Source: Laetmonice hystrix (lineage: Eukaryota). Taken from it: DNA of 64,000 bases. Every line of letters begins with the position of its first letter. Positions within the stretch are counted from its first letter, which is position 1. Positions 1-10,403 of this stretch are shown here, one piece after another. The notes beneath the pieces were generated by a model. It was not told where the DNA came from. It did no database searches and was given only the letters and a program-made list of their open reading frames with translations. The position numbers and the translations under genes are program-made. Location of the stretch: assembly GCA_965235115.1 (NCBI GenBank), contig OZ249450.1, forward strand, positions 7,254,001 to 7,318,000, in the 5' to 3' direction.

Positions 1-199
1 TACATGTATACATACAAACTATTTGGTGTGATTTTGTTATTGTAGATGCAGTGAAAATCGATCAGAGCGCACACCCATTTTCCGGTTATAGAGTTAGGTT
101 TTCTGAGAGTTGTACGGTAAATTCCGAGGGTGCGTTATCCGTACAATAGGCCTACTCTTTGGAGTCAGTGTCAGACAGGTAAAGGTAATACTGGTTCAT
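1..199 (-). pseudogene. Polinton/Maverick minor capsid (penton-like) protein, N-terminal remnant
   Basis: Minus strand from ATG at 199 reads MNQYYLYLSDTDSKE*AYCTDNAPSEFTVQLSENLTL-(frameshift)-TGKWVCALIDF. This matches the Polinton penton N-terminal pattern (F/Y-x-L-S...N...F-x-V-x-L...L-x-G-x-W-x-x-A-L). It lies directly downstream of the integrase and has a stop and a frameshift. Confidence 0.7.
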
Positions 200-204
200 A
201 ATTT

Positions 205-1830
205 ACGAGTGTTCTCTCAGGGATCCAACTGTCAAATCGAGATGGCCAATTGAGCCAACGCACCAATACTTGTTTTTTACCGTTAATCTTTCGCCTCTTT
301 ATTACCTTCTCTATATTCTATATTCTGTGTTTTAATCTCCAGTAACTTTCTGCAGTTCTCGTAGAATGCCCCCTCAACTTTTTCACCGAACCAATCCGTA
401 ACTTTATAAACCGGTAAAGCACCTCTTTTATAACGTACCGTATTCACAAGAAAAGGCCTCCCTCCTCGTAGAAATATGGACTTTATCGCCAACGTTATAT
501 TTATTCGGCAATGCTTTTCTAATAGCCAATATGACTGTATTGTAAGTGTCACGTTTTTTGGAGCTCGACCCAAACTTCGGTGAACAGTTGCTTTATAACT
601 ACCAATAATATCTTGCAATACATTTATATACCGACTCGTGTGGTTGCTAGCCATGCATCTATACAATTTAGTTTTAATCGTCTATAATGCTCTCTCAGCA
701 TAGTTGGCTTGGGTTTTTTTTATGCGTAACTTAATGATGAATCCTTCTGTTTTCTAAAAAAGTTTGAACAACTCTATTGGTATATTCGCTTCGCGCATCA
801 CTTTGTAGAGTATTAGGATAGCGGCCCTCCTCGAAAATGTTTCTTAATGCCTCTATCACGTCTTTTCCTAGCCTCTAACATAGGCCGTGTGTATACACGG
901 CCTATCCTCTAGCGAACGGGCTACGAGACCAAACGTTCAACCCGCAAAATGAATGTGGGCCATCACCTCTTCCGTCACTTCAAATAAAAGATTGCCTTTA
1001 CCTTCAGCTACTGAGCCCAATGAACTTACTTGGTGTTCCTCTAAGCAACAGATTCGGCCAATTTCCAAACCAAGCGACCACTTTCCATAGTCTTACAACC
1101 GGCGCCATTTCTGTAAATCCACATCCGGGGTCAAGCTCACGAAGGGAGCAGTCATTTCAAACGTTGGCTACTAGTTTGGCGCCATAATGGAGGAATTGCT
1201 GTTTGGTCTAGAATAATAAATGCTCCCCTGCTGGTCGCCAGTGTGCGTGTTTTGAACATGCGCAGTAGAACAAACAGTATGGCGACTAACGGCAGTGAAA
1301 CAGCGCGATTCGCAATTTCGGAAGTCTGATTTATTAAAACTTTGGGCAAAAATCCTCGGAAAAGTGTGCAGCAGAGGAACAGAAGATGGGCTGCGTTAGA
1401 ATTGACACCTCAACTGGCAGTAGTTACGATGGATTTTGCACAGCGAGTGATTGACATCGGAGGTAGGGTTTTTCGGGTTACCGCTGTCCGTCCCTACACT
1501 GGGGACGATACTCCGTCTAGTCTTTTCCATGTTTTGTTTTGAGAGGCCTTACCCACACATATCGACTAAAAATATCAATACAGAGGAGAATGTAATGACA
1601 CTTGTCATTTTGAGCAAAGAGATCATATCACCCAAGTCTGTATCCCACATATAATCCATTTCGTGAATGGGTACAGTATGTTGTCTAAAGGGCTTTTTTT
1701 ACAGCCCGATTCAGTGTATACTTTCTTGTTTTGTCAACCATTCTTTAAAGTCGCATATTATGAGGAAACGTGAAAAATCGGTATTTCAAAGAACTTTTGC
1801 TGTTTTCATTAAGAGATCCTTTATTAATAT
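205..1830 (-). pseudogene. Polinton retroviral-like integrase with C-terminal chromodomain, disrupted and split by an insertion at 869-1519
   Basis: Minus-strand fragments in order: KEWLTKQES..., DYMWDTDLGDM...YILLCIDIFSRYVWVRPLKTKHGKD | VIEALRNIFEEGRYPNTLQSD...QANYAERA...KTKLYRCMASNHTSRYINVLQDIIGSY...HRSLGRAP, YKVTDWFGEKVEGAFYE, and chromodomain VRWLNWPSRFDSWIP. Multiple stops and frameshifts. Confidence 0.88.
869..1519. mobile_element. Non-autonomous DNA transposon-like insertion with TAG...CTA ends and a 9-bp TSD (AcademH-like)
   Basis: GTCTTTTCC flanks both sides (860-868, 1520-1528). Removing the insert rejoins the integrase (HGKD|VIEAL). The ends are TAG and CTA, and there is an 11-bp-stem hairpin at 880-905. 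The superfamily call is inference. Confidence 0.65.
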
Positions 1831-2785
1831 TGCTTGGTAAACAAAGACAGACTTATCAGTTTCATTTGGTGTGAGAAATCGAAGTTTATGAAGCTCCCTT
1901 GCCCGCTTTTCTGCCGATTTCGTAAAATATTTTTTGGGTGGCATTCTGTTGCCGGATGATCGAGTGCAACTGCTGAATTGTTTACAACTAAGCGAAGCAC
2001 GTGACTAAGCACATGCAGAGAGTGCACACGCAGGATGTGACATAGTATGCAATTACACTGGTTGATGGGAGGTTGTCTATAGCAAATTATGGCGGGAGAT
2101 GTGCTATCGGGAGAAATCTATAGGTTTGGTCGTATAGAATCTACTTGTGCTGCATACGCAGCGAAAACACGTCGGAGGACAAAATGCTGTGGTAGGATTA
2201 TTTACTTGGATCCCTAGTACACGATCATGTTGGATAGATTAGGAGATTTGACTGGACATGATATTATTCGACATTTTTGAAATGCAGTATGTTCCGGTGA
2301 AATAGGCGCCATTTTGAGCATTGCATCGCGGGTACATTTAGCCGAGACTCTCGCCAGCATGACAGTGCTTGCAGTATTTTGCCTACATCAGGCATCGAAG
2401 TAACTAAAATAGGCCTCCAGCGCTTTCCCCAAAGTCAGCGGGCAATATTACGATAGTGTCATGTTCACAATACAAGTAGTCCTACCATGTGTTGTGGTGT
2501 TGTCCTTCATGTGCGTGGCCATATTGCTTCCCATAATTTGATAAATTACCGTATCACGCCCATTTAGGTAAATTAGGTGATTTATTTTTCTTCTTTAAAC
2601 GTTGCCCTTCATACCAAAAATTTATATTTGCACATACAATGCCGAGGTGTCAATAATGCACTACTTCCTGGCTCGATGGGATATGACGTACGGGTCACTC
2701 AGTGCCTCGCTACACAGGTCGATTTCGCCATGTATCTGGTTGCCAATGCATGTGGCGCCCATTTCACCCGAGGGTATATGCAGAA

Positions 2786-3160
2786 ATGACGTCATATACC
2801 CGAGGGAATCCCGAATGGAACTTTAACCTTTGACCCGTCATTTTCAAAATGTGACACTAAACTGAGGACACTTTCTAGTTCATCCAACCCCCCCCCCCCC
2901 CCCACCCCACACTTGAACTCGTCCGGGGGTGTACGGGCTTGCCTAACTAGGTCCCCTCAGCACCCCGGAGTCATGGGGTCATCAGCGTGGCAGATGGTGG
3001 GGCCTTTTTCTCAGGTTGCTATAAATAGCAGGACTGCAAGGGTACCATAAATAGCACTGACTGGGTGGGGGTTCTTGCCGACTTGTTGCTATAAATAGCA
3101 GCGTATATATGGTACTATAGATAGCGTGGGGTCTCCTCATTAGGTGCTATAAATAGCGCT
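2786..3160. promoter_or_regulatory. Divergent promoter region of the Polinton capsid gene with a CRE palindrome and repeated CTATAAATAG (TATA/MEF2-like) motifs
   Basis: ATGACGTCAT at 2786-2795. GCTATAAATAGC at 3018, 3088 and 3146, with variants at 3045 and 3115. Lies immediately upstream of the MCP. Confidence 0.5.
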
Positions 3161-3197
3161 GAGGTCATTTGCCGTGTTTGCTGACTTGTTATACTTG

Positions 3198-4380
3198 ATG
3201 CTTGCGAATTAAGGGAATATAAGCCGTCGACTCCCGTGGATGATGATTCACCCATCGAGATTAACATTGCTAACAACGGCAATACTTATGTAGCATTGGA
3301 TAGATCCTCGTTAAAGGTTGCTTTAAGATTTGTAAGTGGTCACCATTACCACCGTTATTGGGCGACTCAGGTAAGGCCAATCCTGAGGCCAATGTTGGGC
3401 CTGTCAACTGTTTACTACACGCTTTATGGAGTCAAGTTCATCTTAGTTTGAATCAATAGGTTATTTCCACTGGTATAGGAACAAACTATAGCTTTTACGC
3501 TGACTTCCATGAAGTTTTAAATAACAGTTCCTCAACGATCAATTCGAAATTGCAAAGTATAATCTTTTACAAGGACTTCTCAACAGTTTTTGATGATGTA
3601 TGCGATTGATGGCATGAACATAGGCCTACAACATACTGACTGAAAAAAATCAAACTGTAGAGCTAGAGGGACCGTTACGTTTACCGATTTGCTTGCAAAA
3701 AAAGACTGATTCCAAATAGCGTTCCCATTCATATAAAACTGTTTCAAACCAGTAATTCTTTTAGACTCACGAGTCCATCAAACGATGCCGACATTAATAT
3801 ACAAAGAGTTGACTTATCCTTTAAGGTATGTACTGTAAAGCTAGACCCCCGGGTGTTGGTGGGTCACGCTGAAGCCTTTAAGATACCTCCTGCATTGTAT
3901 TTAGCTTTTAGTGAAAGGCACATACGATTTTTGTGTTGAAGATCTATTTCAAGATTCTGTCCCAAGTAGGGTTATAGTTCGAATTATGGCGTCTGAAGCC
4001 TATTCGGGTAGTTATAAACGGAACCCTTTTCTATTCAACCACTATAATGTCAACTGCATTTCTATGATCATTGATGGTATGTCTGCTCCTGGTCGGGCGC
4101 TTCAGCCAAATTACGGTAATGGTTCTTTTGTGTCATGCTATCTCACATTGTTTTCCCAAGAGGATGGAATCAACATCCAGCGTAACGAATATCCACACGG
4201 ATATTGTATGTACGTATTTAATATAAATGAATACGAAGATAAGCTGATAAGCAAAAGAAAAAAGGGCATAATCGAATTGAAATTAAGTTTCAAGAACCGT
4301 TACCTGAACCGGTTACAGTTATTTTAGCTGCCGAGTTTCCTAGTGTTTTACAAATTGACGGTACGAGAGCCATTAAAAAA
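3198..4380 (+). pseudogene. Polinton major capsid protein (double jelly-roll), frameshifted
   Basis: Fragments DDDSPIEINI...YVALDRSSLKVALRF, HALWSQVHLSLNQ, LFQDSVPSRVIVRIMASEAYSGSYKRNPFLFNHYNVNCISMIIDG, YPHGYCMYVFNI and EPVTVILAAEF match Polinton MCP motifs. Many frameshifts. Confidence 0.9.
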
Positions 4381-4821
4381 GGATGAACTCTCTAGAATTG
4401 TATAAGTATATGGAGGATGTATGTATGTATCCCATCGTTTGAGATATGTTCATCCGATCAATTGCCTATACGTGTAATCCATAGACCGAAATATTACATA
4501 GTTAACACAGCAGCGTCTGGGGATGTTGGCAAACATTGGTTAGCGTTTTATTTCCTTGTACAAAGTCCGAACGAATTCTTTGATTCCGAGGGGGAGCCAC
4601 CTGAGTTTTATGCCCCGAACTTTGTCAAGCCGTTAGAACATCATTAATTGTTCAATATCAAACCTTTACAAGGAACCCTGCCTGCGTGTGGTCACTTTTG
4701 CTTATATTATTTAACACATAGATGTAGAGGGATGGGTATGAGTGACATCGTAACACAGTTAACTAGAGTAAGTGATAGAGATACGTATGTTATGGAATAT
4801 GTACGTGAATTCTTTTTGTAA
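4379..4821 (+). pseudogene. Polinton adenain-like cysteine (maturation) protease
   Basis: YIVNTAASGDVGKHWLAFY...FFDSEG...PLQGTLPACGHFCLYYL carries the His, Asp, Gln and Cys catalytic positions. There is an in-frame stop after PLEHH and the start codon is damaged. Confidence 0.9.
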
Positions 4822-4945
4822 GAGCCCGTCAGTAGAGCTGGACTACCCGGTGACTCATTGAACCAGCGTAATAAATCGATATGAAACTGTATACATTTTC
4901 AGACTTCTTTTTTAATATAGACGTATAAACAAGAATGAGTTAGGT

Positions 4946-5280
4946 TTAACAAATGCTACACGGTAACAGCTCTATGTTCTCGTTTGTTATCCCCAGGTTT
5001 ACCATAACTGGCGATGGATCTGCGCACATTACGGCGCACAGCAGAGATAAATACACACTATACCACTGGCCGCCGTGGTGAGCATCCTCGTCAAATGTCA
5101 GTACATGTGCAATCTCGTGCACCAGAGTGCATAGCACCTCTAAATAATTACAATGTCGCCTTATATCAATACAGATATGAATCGCATCCTCGGATTCTTC
5201 AGTGTAGGCGTGGGTAACTTGTCTAGCTCAACAACTAGTTTACTTTTTGCGAGCATCCAGTGTCCGGCCAGCGGTATTAG
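4946..5280 (-). pseudogene. SprT-like/zincin metallopeptidase remnant (HExxH) in the Polinton
   Basis: AYTEESEDAIHICIDIRRHCNYLEVLCTLVHEIAHVLTFDEDAHHGGQWY contains HExxH plus a downstream HGxxW third-ligand pattern. Upstream in-frame stops. Confidence 0.6.
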
Positions 5281-5763
5281 TATCCTCGCGAAGAGATCAG
5301 AGTCCGCATGGGGGTGGGCCTAATGAGGCAACGCCTCATCTTACGGAACACCACACCCCCTTTTTGTGTTACTATTAGCTCCTTCCTTGTGACACCCTCA
5401 GGCCAGACAAAGGGTGTAGGTGTTTCATCTATAACCGAGGCCACCGAAAACCCCCCTGTACCGCCTTCGCTGGATAGCTTCCTCTTCGCTTCGGGCATGG
5501 TCATTGTGACCTAGAATATTAAAAAAGGATTTAAAAAAATATCACCCTCTCCATTTAAAAAAATATCACCCTCTCCATTTTTCACAAGCCGGGAACAATC
5601 AGATTAAATCTGAAAAATAAATTTCGCTTAAAATAAACCTTTTCCAAGTATTTAGATGCATATATCCACTTTAAAAGTTGATATTTAGGGGGAAAACACT
5701 TACCTGCATAGGATGATCAGAAAGCACAACATCTTTGATAGTATCCATCATAGCTTGAGCCAT
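5277..5763 (-). CDS. Two-exon Polinton ORF of unknown function (97 aa), apparently intact in this copy
   Basis: Exon 1 is 5763-5704 (MAQAMMDTIKDVVLSDHPMQ) with a GTAAGT donor. The 193-bp intron has a polypyrimidine tract and TTCTAG acceptor. Exon 2 is 5510-5277 in phase 0 (VTMTMPEAKRK...RPTPMRTLISSRGY*). The same structure is present in the second copy. Confidence 0.55.
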
Positions 5764-5916
5764 TTTCGTCTTTGAAGGTTGGTGAGGTTAGGTTTGAGGT
5801 AAGGAGGGTGACGTGTGGTCGGCTCCCTAAGTGTTGGAGATGGCGTGCAGATCGTGGGGGCCTATATCAGGGGGCTAGGCTACCCGAGTATTGGTGAACA
5901 GAAAATTGTGAACAGC

Positions 5917-6395
5917 TGTTACGGTGACTGAACACTGAGTAAAGACTGTGCTTAACTCTGCTTTATTGCCGTCAAGTTGGGGGTATACATACCTGGGGGA
6001 AGGGGTGGCCCTCACCGGATTGGTCAGGCCAGGCTTCCAATAGCAGGGTCTGGGGGTCGGTCACGTGGGGACGCCAGTGCTGTGATTGGCCAGGAAGGTA
6101 GGGGTGGTGTGAACGCCCGCCGAGCCGTGGCCTGGGATCAAAGGGAGAGCAAGCTCTCTGTTAGATTCACCGGCATTCACACCCCCGCCTCCCGGGTCCA
6201 GGGGGTCGTCCCCCGCCCTCCTGGGTGGTACGCAGGGTGGAAGGCTGGCGTGCCACGTCCCCTCAGCCCAGCCATAGAAGGTCTGGCTGATCAAAGGGGA
6301 GACGCCGCCGCCTTGGAAGCCGGCATTTCACACCAAAGCGATGAAAGGGTCCTCCGCCTCCCCAGGACGACCAGCCATTGTCTAAATCTACGGTG
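5917..6395 (-). mobile_element. Solo LTR-like element (LTR-A)
   Basis: On the minus strand the order is CCAAT boxes, TATA-like motif, AATAAA (5962-5967), ending in ...ACCGTAACA. The 5' end and TSD are unresolved. Repeated at 22522-22995. Confidence 0.5.
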
Positions 6396-6399
6396 AGCC

Positions 6400-6462
6400 T
6401 ATTGTCTGTGTCGTGACTGCATGTGGGAAAACTACATTTGTGAAAAACATGTTACAACATAT
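6400..6462 (+). pseudogene. Polinton packaging ATPase, Walker A fragment
   Basis: Reads IVCVVTACGKTTFVKNMLQH (degenerate GPTxxGKT), cut by LTR-B at 6463. Confidence 0.65.
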
Positions 6463-7021
6463 TGTTGTGGGCACGCCCCCCCCCCCCCCGGCCCATCTAT
6501 ATTAATCTCTTTTATTGGTATATTGATTGTTCATTGTATTTTAACCATGTATTGTATGTTAACCGATTATTATATTGTAATATATCAACTATAGTATTTA
6601 GAATGTGTGTATGGCGGAAACCTATAGTGGCCTCCTCCATGTATTCCGGTAAGCCGAGTATCAAGGATTTGTGAGGCGAGTGAGCGGTAAACGGGAAGTA
6701 TCGGATAGGCTGGCAGGAGTTGACATGCGATAGCCGCCCCATTCTCCTAGTCACTTTACGGGATGTCCTGCGGCCACCTGGGGGTCATGACCGACCCCCT
6801 GAGGCACTGGCATCCCGGCGATAGGAAGTGCCAGACGGATCCTGGGGAGGTGTCGCGCTGTGGTCAAGCCGCTCACCCGCTTGCTTCCCGCGGATATCCT
6901 GCGTCTCTCAGGGGTCATGGCCGGGCGCTGACACGCAGACGAACGGCTTTGACCTGCGGGGGGTGACGTAAGGGTATAGGCCCCCCCTAGGCCTACCCAT
7001 CCCCACGGTAGGCCCGGTGTC
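6463..7021 (+). mobile_element. Solo LTR (LTR-B), 3'-truncated copy
   Basis: Starts TGTTGTGGGCACG, as does the full copy at 23068-23943. Similarity to that copy stops at about 7021. Confidence 0.6.
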
Positions 7022-7061
7022 CCAATTTTATTATACCCCCCATTCAGGTTACCCCCCCCCC

Positions 7062-7165
7062 CCCGGTACGTTGAAGTTGGCCTAACTAACTTGAACATAC
7101 CCCCCGGTGCGTTGAAGTTGGCCTAACTAACTTGAACATACCCCCCGGTATGTTGAAGTTAGTTT
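7062..7165. repeat. 41-bp tandem repeat, about 2.5 copies
   Basis: Unit CCCCGGTACGTTGAAGTTGGCCTAACTAACTTGAACATACC; TTGAAGTT recurs at 7071, 7112 and 7153. Confidence 0.8.
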
Positions 7166-9192
7166 TAAAGTACGGGGGGGGGGGGTAATCTGAAGTTAAT
7201 TTCAACATACCCCCTCCAGTTTCAGATTCCCCCCCCCCCCAATTTATTCAACCGAATTTTGATTGTAGGAGCAGGAGTGGACTTTTTTTCTTTCGAGTGA
7301 GTCTAAGCTTTCTCCGTAATAGTAATAAATCTGAAAAAGGCGATGGGAGATGGTACTACATACTATAGAGCATACATACTATACCTAAAAATTCTACACA
7401 TCTGATTGTTTTTTGGACAGTAAACAATTTATATATTATAATAATTATTATTTTAGATCTTTACCAAATAACTGAAGGACGAAGCGTGCCAGCCGTTAAA
7501 ATTACCAAGATATAAAGTTAGAAAAGTAGATTAGTGAGTTCGCTGTCATAAGACAAGAGGGACATGATTATATATAGTTGACAAACTCATCATCTGGAGT
7601 TAAAAAAATCTTTTTTACATATTTTGTTGCCAGAGAACGTCTATAAAAGTCAGGAATAAAAATGTTTTGTCAAAGTTGGTCTACCAGTTTTACCAGAACA
7701 CAAAATTTGCTTCCATACAGCTTACATCAACATTTTCCTTTACTAAGATTGTAATGGCAACTGCAGTTAGTACCATCCAGATCGTACCATTCCTTAATTG
7801 TTGTGCAACAGGTCTGCGTCTGCGCCAGACCTAGTAGCAAACAAGCCATATTATGAAAACACAGGGGACACGGTTGTTAGTTTTGTGTCTATCTGACTTG
7901 TGGTAGGAACAATTATAAGGGGGACATACACCCGTTATGTACACAGCTAATGTCGGCTCGCGGAGCAAAACGTGCCCCGCTGCATCCATAACACACTGCA
8001 ACAACATAGTTAGGCGCCAAATCGCATAGGTAATAAAATATTTCTTTGCGCATACAGAGTACATGTGGCCTACCACACTGCATTTGTCATTCTCATTTGC
8101 ATAACCTGGGATTTCTTCAGGGCATGAGGTTTCAAATAATTGTCAGTTAGAGGTTGACCTTAGGTTGATCAATCGGATAGTCGGTCTATAAGCTTCAGAA
8201 GTCGGAGATTGTGTTATTCAACGTTCATATGCCATATTGTCGCTGTGTGTCATTTTGAACAATTGCAGACCTACTTTATGCTATTTTGGACAGAACACCA
8301 TTGAACATGTCCAGAACATGTCTATTCGAGATATCATGAAAACCTATCCAATATAGAAAAAAAGGCTGGCAGCAACTGTTTTGGGACCTCTGTCATGGCG
8401 TGAAGTCATTCTTTTCTGTGATAAAAAGGCCTGCAACGACTGTGTTGGGGCTTCGGTCGGAGGGTGAAGTCATTCTTACCCTAAATAAAAAGGGCCGGCA
8501 ACGACTATGGAAGGACTTCTGTCGGAGGGTGAAGTCATTCTTGCCCCCAAGGAACACCTTTGTACAAGTGTGTGTCTTGTACAACTATGTGGACGACTAT
8601 ATGTTATAATATTGAATTAAATGCCATAATATGACTACTTGATTGAGCCTTTTAATTATATATGCCATTTTTTCCTAGTCTACACAAACACATTGTGATT
8701 TTTTTCGTCAATGTCCGAAGTCCGGTGAATTTCAGCATGTCTGCATTAATACTTGCAACATATGAGTCGCTATCTAAGACCTTTGAGCTAGGCGTCATTT
8801 CAAAGTAGCACATCACTCAGGAGACAAACATATATATTCATCACCATGTTTGTTTCATGTTATCAGATGTGAGGGAGTTGCTGGTGATACTGAGCCCGAG
8901 TCAGCGTTCACGAATCATTGAGAGCGTCCACAGTGGGGCAGGCGAGTCCGACCAAGCAAGGTGCATGTCTGGTCACCTCGGAAAGGACAAAACAAGAGCG
9001 AAGATTCTTGAAAGATTCTTTTGAAAAGGCATCTCTTATGATGTCAATGCATTTGTTGACATGTGCGAGAGGTGCCAAAAGAAATAACAGACACTTCTCC
9101 ATCCAGTCAATGTCCCCGCCAAGGCCATGAGCCAGATAGGTGTGGACTTGTCTTTCTTGCTGACTTCAGAAGGATGCAGCTACGTTGTTACT

Positions 9193-9336
9193 NNNNNNNN
9201 NNNNNNNNNNNNNNNNNNNNNNNNNNNNNNNNNNNNNNNNNNNNNNNNNNNNNNNNNNNNNNNNNNNNNNNNNNNNNNNNNNNNNNNNNNNNNNNNNNNN
9301 NNNNNNNNNNNNNNNNNNNNNNNNNNNNNNNNNNNN
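9193..9336. other. Assembly gap (144 N)
   Basis: Run of N. Confidence 0.99.
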
Positions 9337-9765
9337 GATGCAGGTACAGTGAACATTAGCCGAGGGCGATTTGTCGATTAAAAACAATAAATAAATAAAA
9401 CACATGAAACACTAAAACACCGTAAAAGACATAATTACACATTGAAGGAGCATGAGGAACATTGGCACCGGGGGCCACTCCATGACTTTATCATGTGCTT
9501 GAAAGCGTTGACCTCGACACACTCTTTATATTGTGTGGGTAGTAGGTTCCATAAGTGAGCACCATGGTAGGAAAATGTGTTTTTACCATATCTAATAGTA
9601 TTAAAAACCGGCGCAACTACTTTTGCTGGGTCCCTGAGGTTGTGATTTAATTCCTTGGGCTTGAATAAGTCACTCATAAAAACAGGGTTATAGTAATGTA
9701 GACTTTTAAAAACTTCCAGTGCAATGAGACGAAGTCTTTTCAAGTGGAGCGAGGTTTGTCCCATT
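9337..9765 (-). mobile_element. 5'-truncated CR1/L2-clade LINE 3' end inserted into the integrase
   Basis: SLHLKRLRLIALEVFKSL...HNLR...TIRYGKNTFSYHGAHLWNLLP...FKHMIKSWSGPRCQCSSC is a typical ORF2 C-terminus, followed by an AT-rich 3' UTR. Confidence 0.8.
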
Positions 9766-10199
9766 GGAAGCACGCCCCCTGAAGACGAAGAGGGCTGAAG
9801 AAGTTGCCGCCTTCCTCTTTGAGGACATTATATACAGACATGGGTGTATTGAAATACAAATCAATGACCAAGGTCGGGAATTTGTGAACGGTGTCAGTGA
9901 GGAGTTGTACCGACTCTGTGGAACGAAGCAGAAAATTACAAGTGCGTATCATCCCCAAGCAAACGGCCTCCTGGAGAGACAGAACCGAACAACCAAAAAC
10001 TGCTTGATCAAATGTCTCGAGAATAAAGAGAATTGGGTACAAGGATTGGCACCAATCCTGTTTGCATACAAGACGTCGAAACATTCCAGTACTGGTTACA
10101 CGCCGTTCTGCATGCTGTATAACCAGGATACAAGACTTCCAGTTGACCTGGAGCTTCCAGAGGTTGGACATATCCCGCCTTCTTCTGTTCCTGCAACTG

Positions 10200-10400
10200 A
10201 TGGAGCAAAGACTCATACTTTTGATCTTCCCAACATGCATCCTGTAGTTACTTTATTTAGTCTGATCCTGAGTTCGTCCATGTTCATACAGAAAACAGGT
10301 ACGGTGACAGGATTCCTCCTGTCTCACACCATTAGTTACATTAAAACCTTCTGAAATCGCATTTTGCCACCGTATATTTTTTTCAGTAAAGTATTGACTG
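10200..10400 (-). pseudogene. Non-LTR retrotransposon reverse transcriptase fragment
   Basis: With frameshifts it reads IRWQNAISEGFNVTNGVRQ-GILSPYLFSV-MDELRIRLNKVTTGCMLG, matching the LINE RT motif GVRQGGxLSP. Confidence 0.7.
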
Positions 10401-10403
10401 TAA

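Larger units (their letters stand above)
8340..10200 (+). pseudogene. Gypsy-like integrase remnant, probably a Ginger/GIN-type DNA transposon, interrupted by a gap and a LINE fragment
   Basis: Zinc-binding region IIESVHSG...SGHLGKDKTRAKILERF...VDMCERCQK and core start QIGVDL. After the insertion: EARPLKTKRAEEVA...DQGREFVN...TSAYHPQANGLLERQNRT...YKTSKHSSTGYTPF. An apparent splice acceptor precedes 8867 and no RT is nearby. Confidence 0.75.

Noticed and set aside
5977-6754. ORFs of 139, 77 and 80 aa conserved in both copies (also 22582-23358)
   Set aside because: They lie inside LTR-A and LTR-B. Conservation reflects the recent duplication, and there is no recognisable domain.
10200-10354. C-terminal extension of the 196-aa integrase ORF
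   Set aside because: Read-through into an antisense LINE RT fragment, not part of the integrase.
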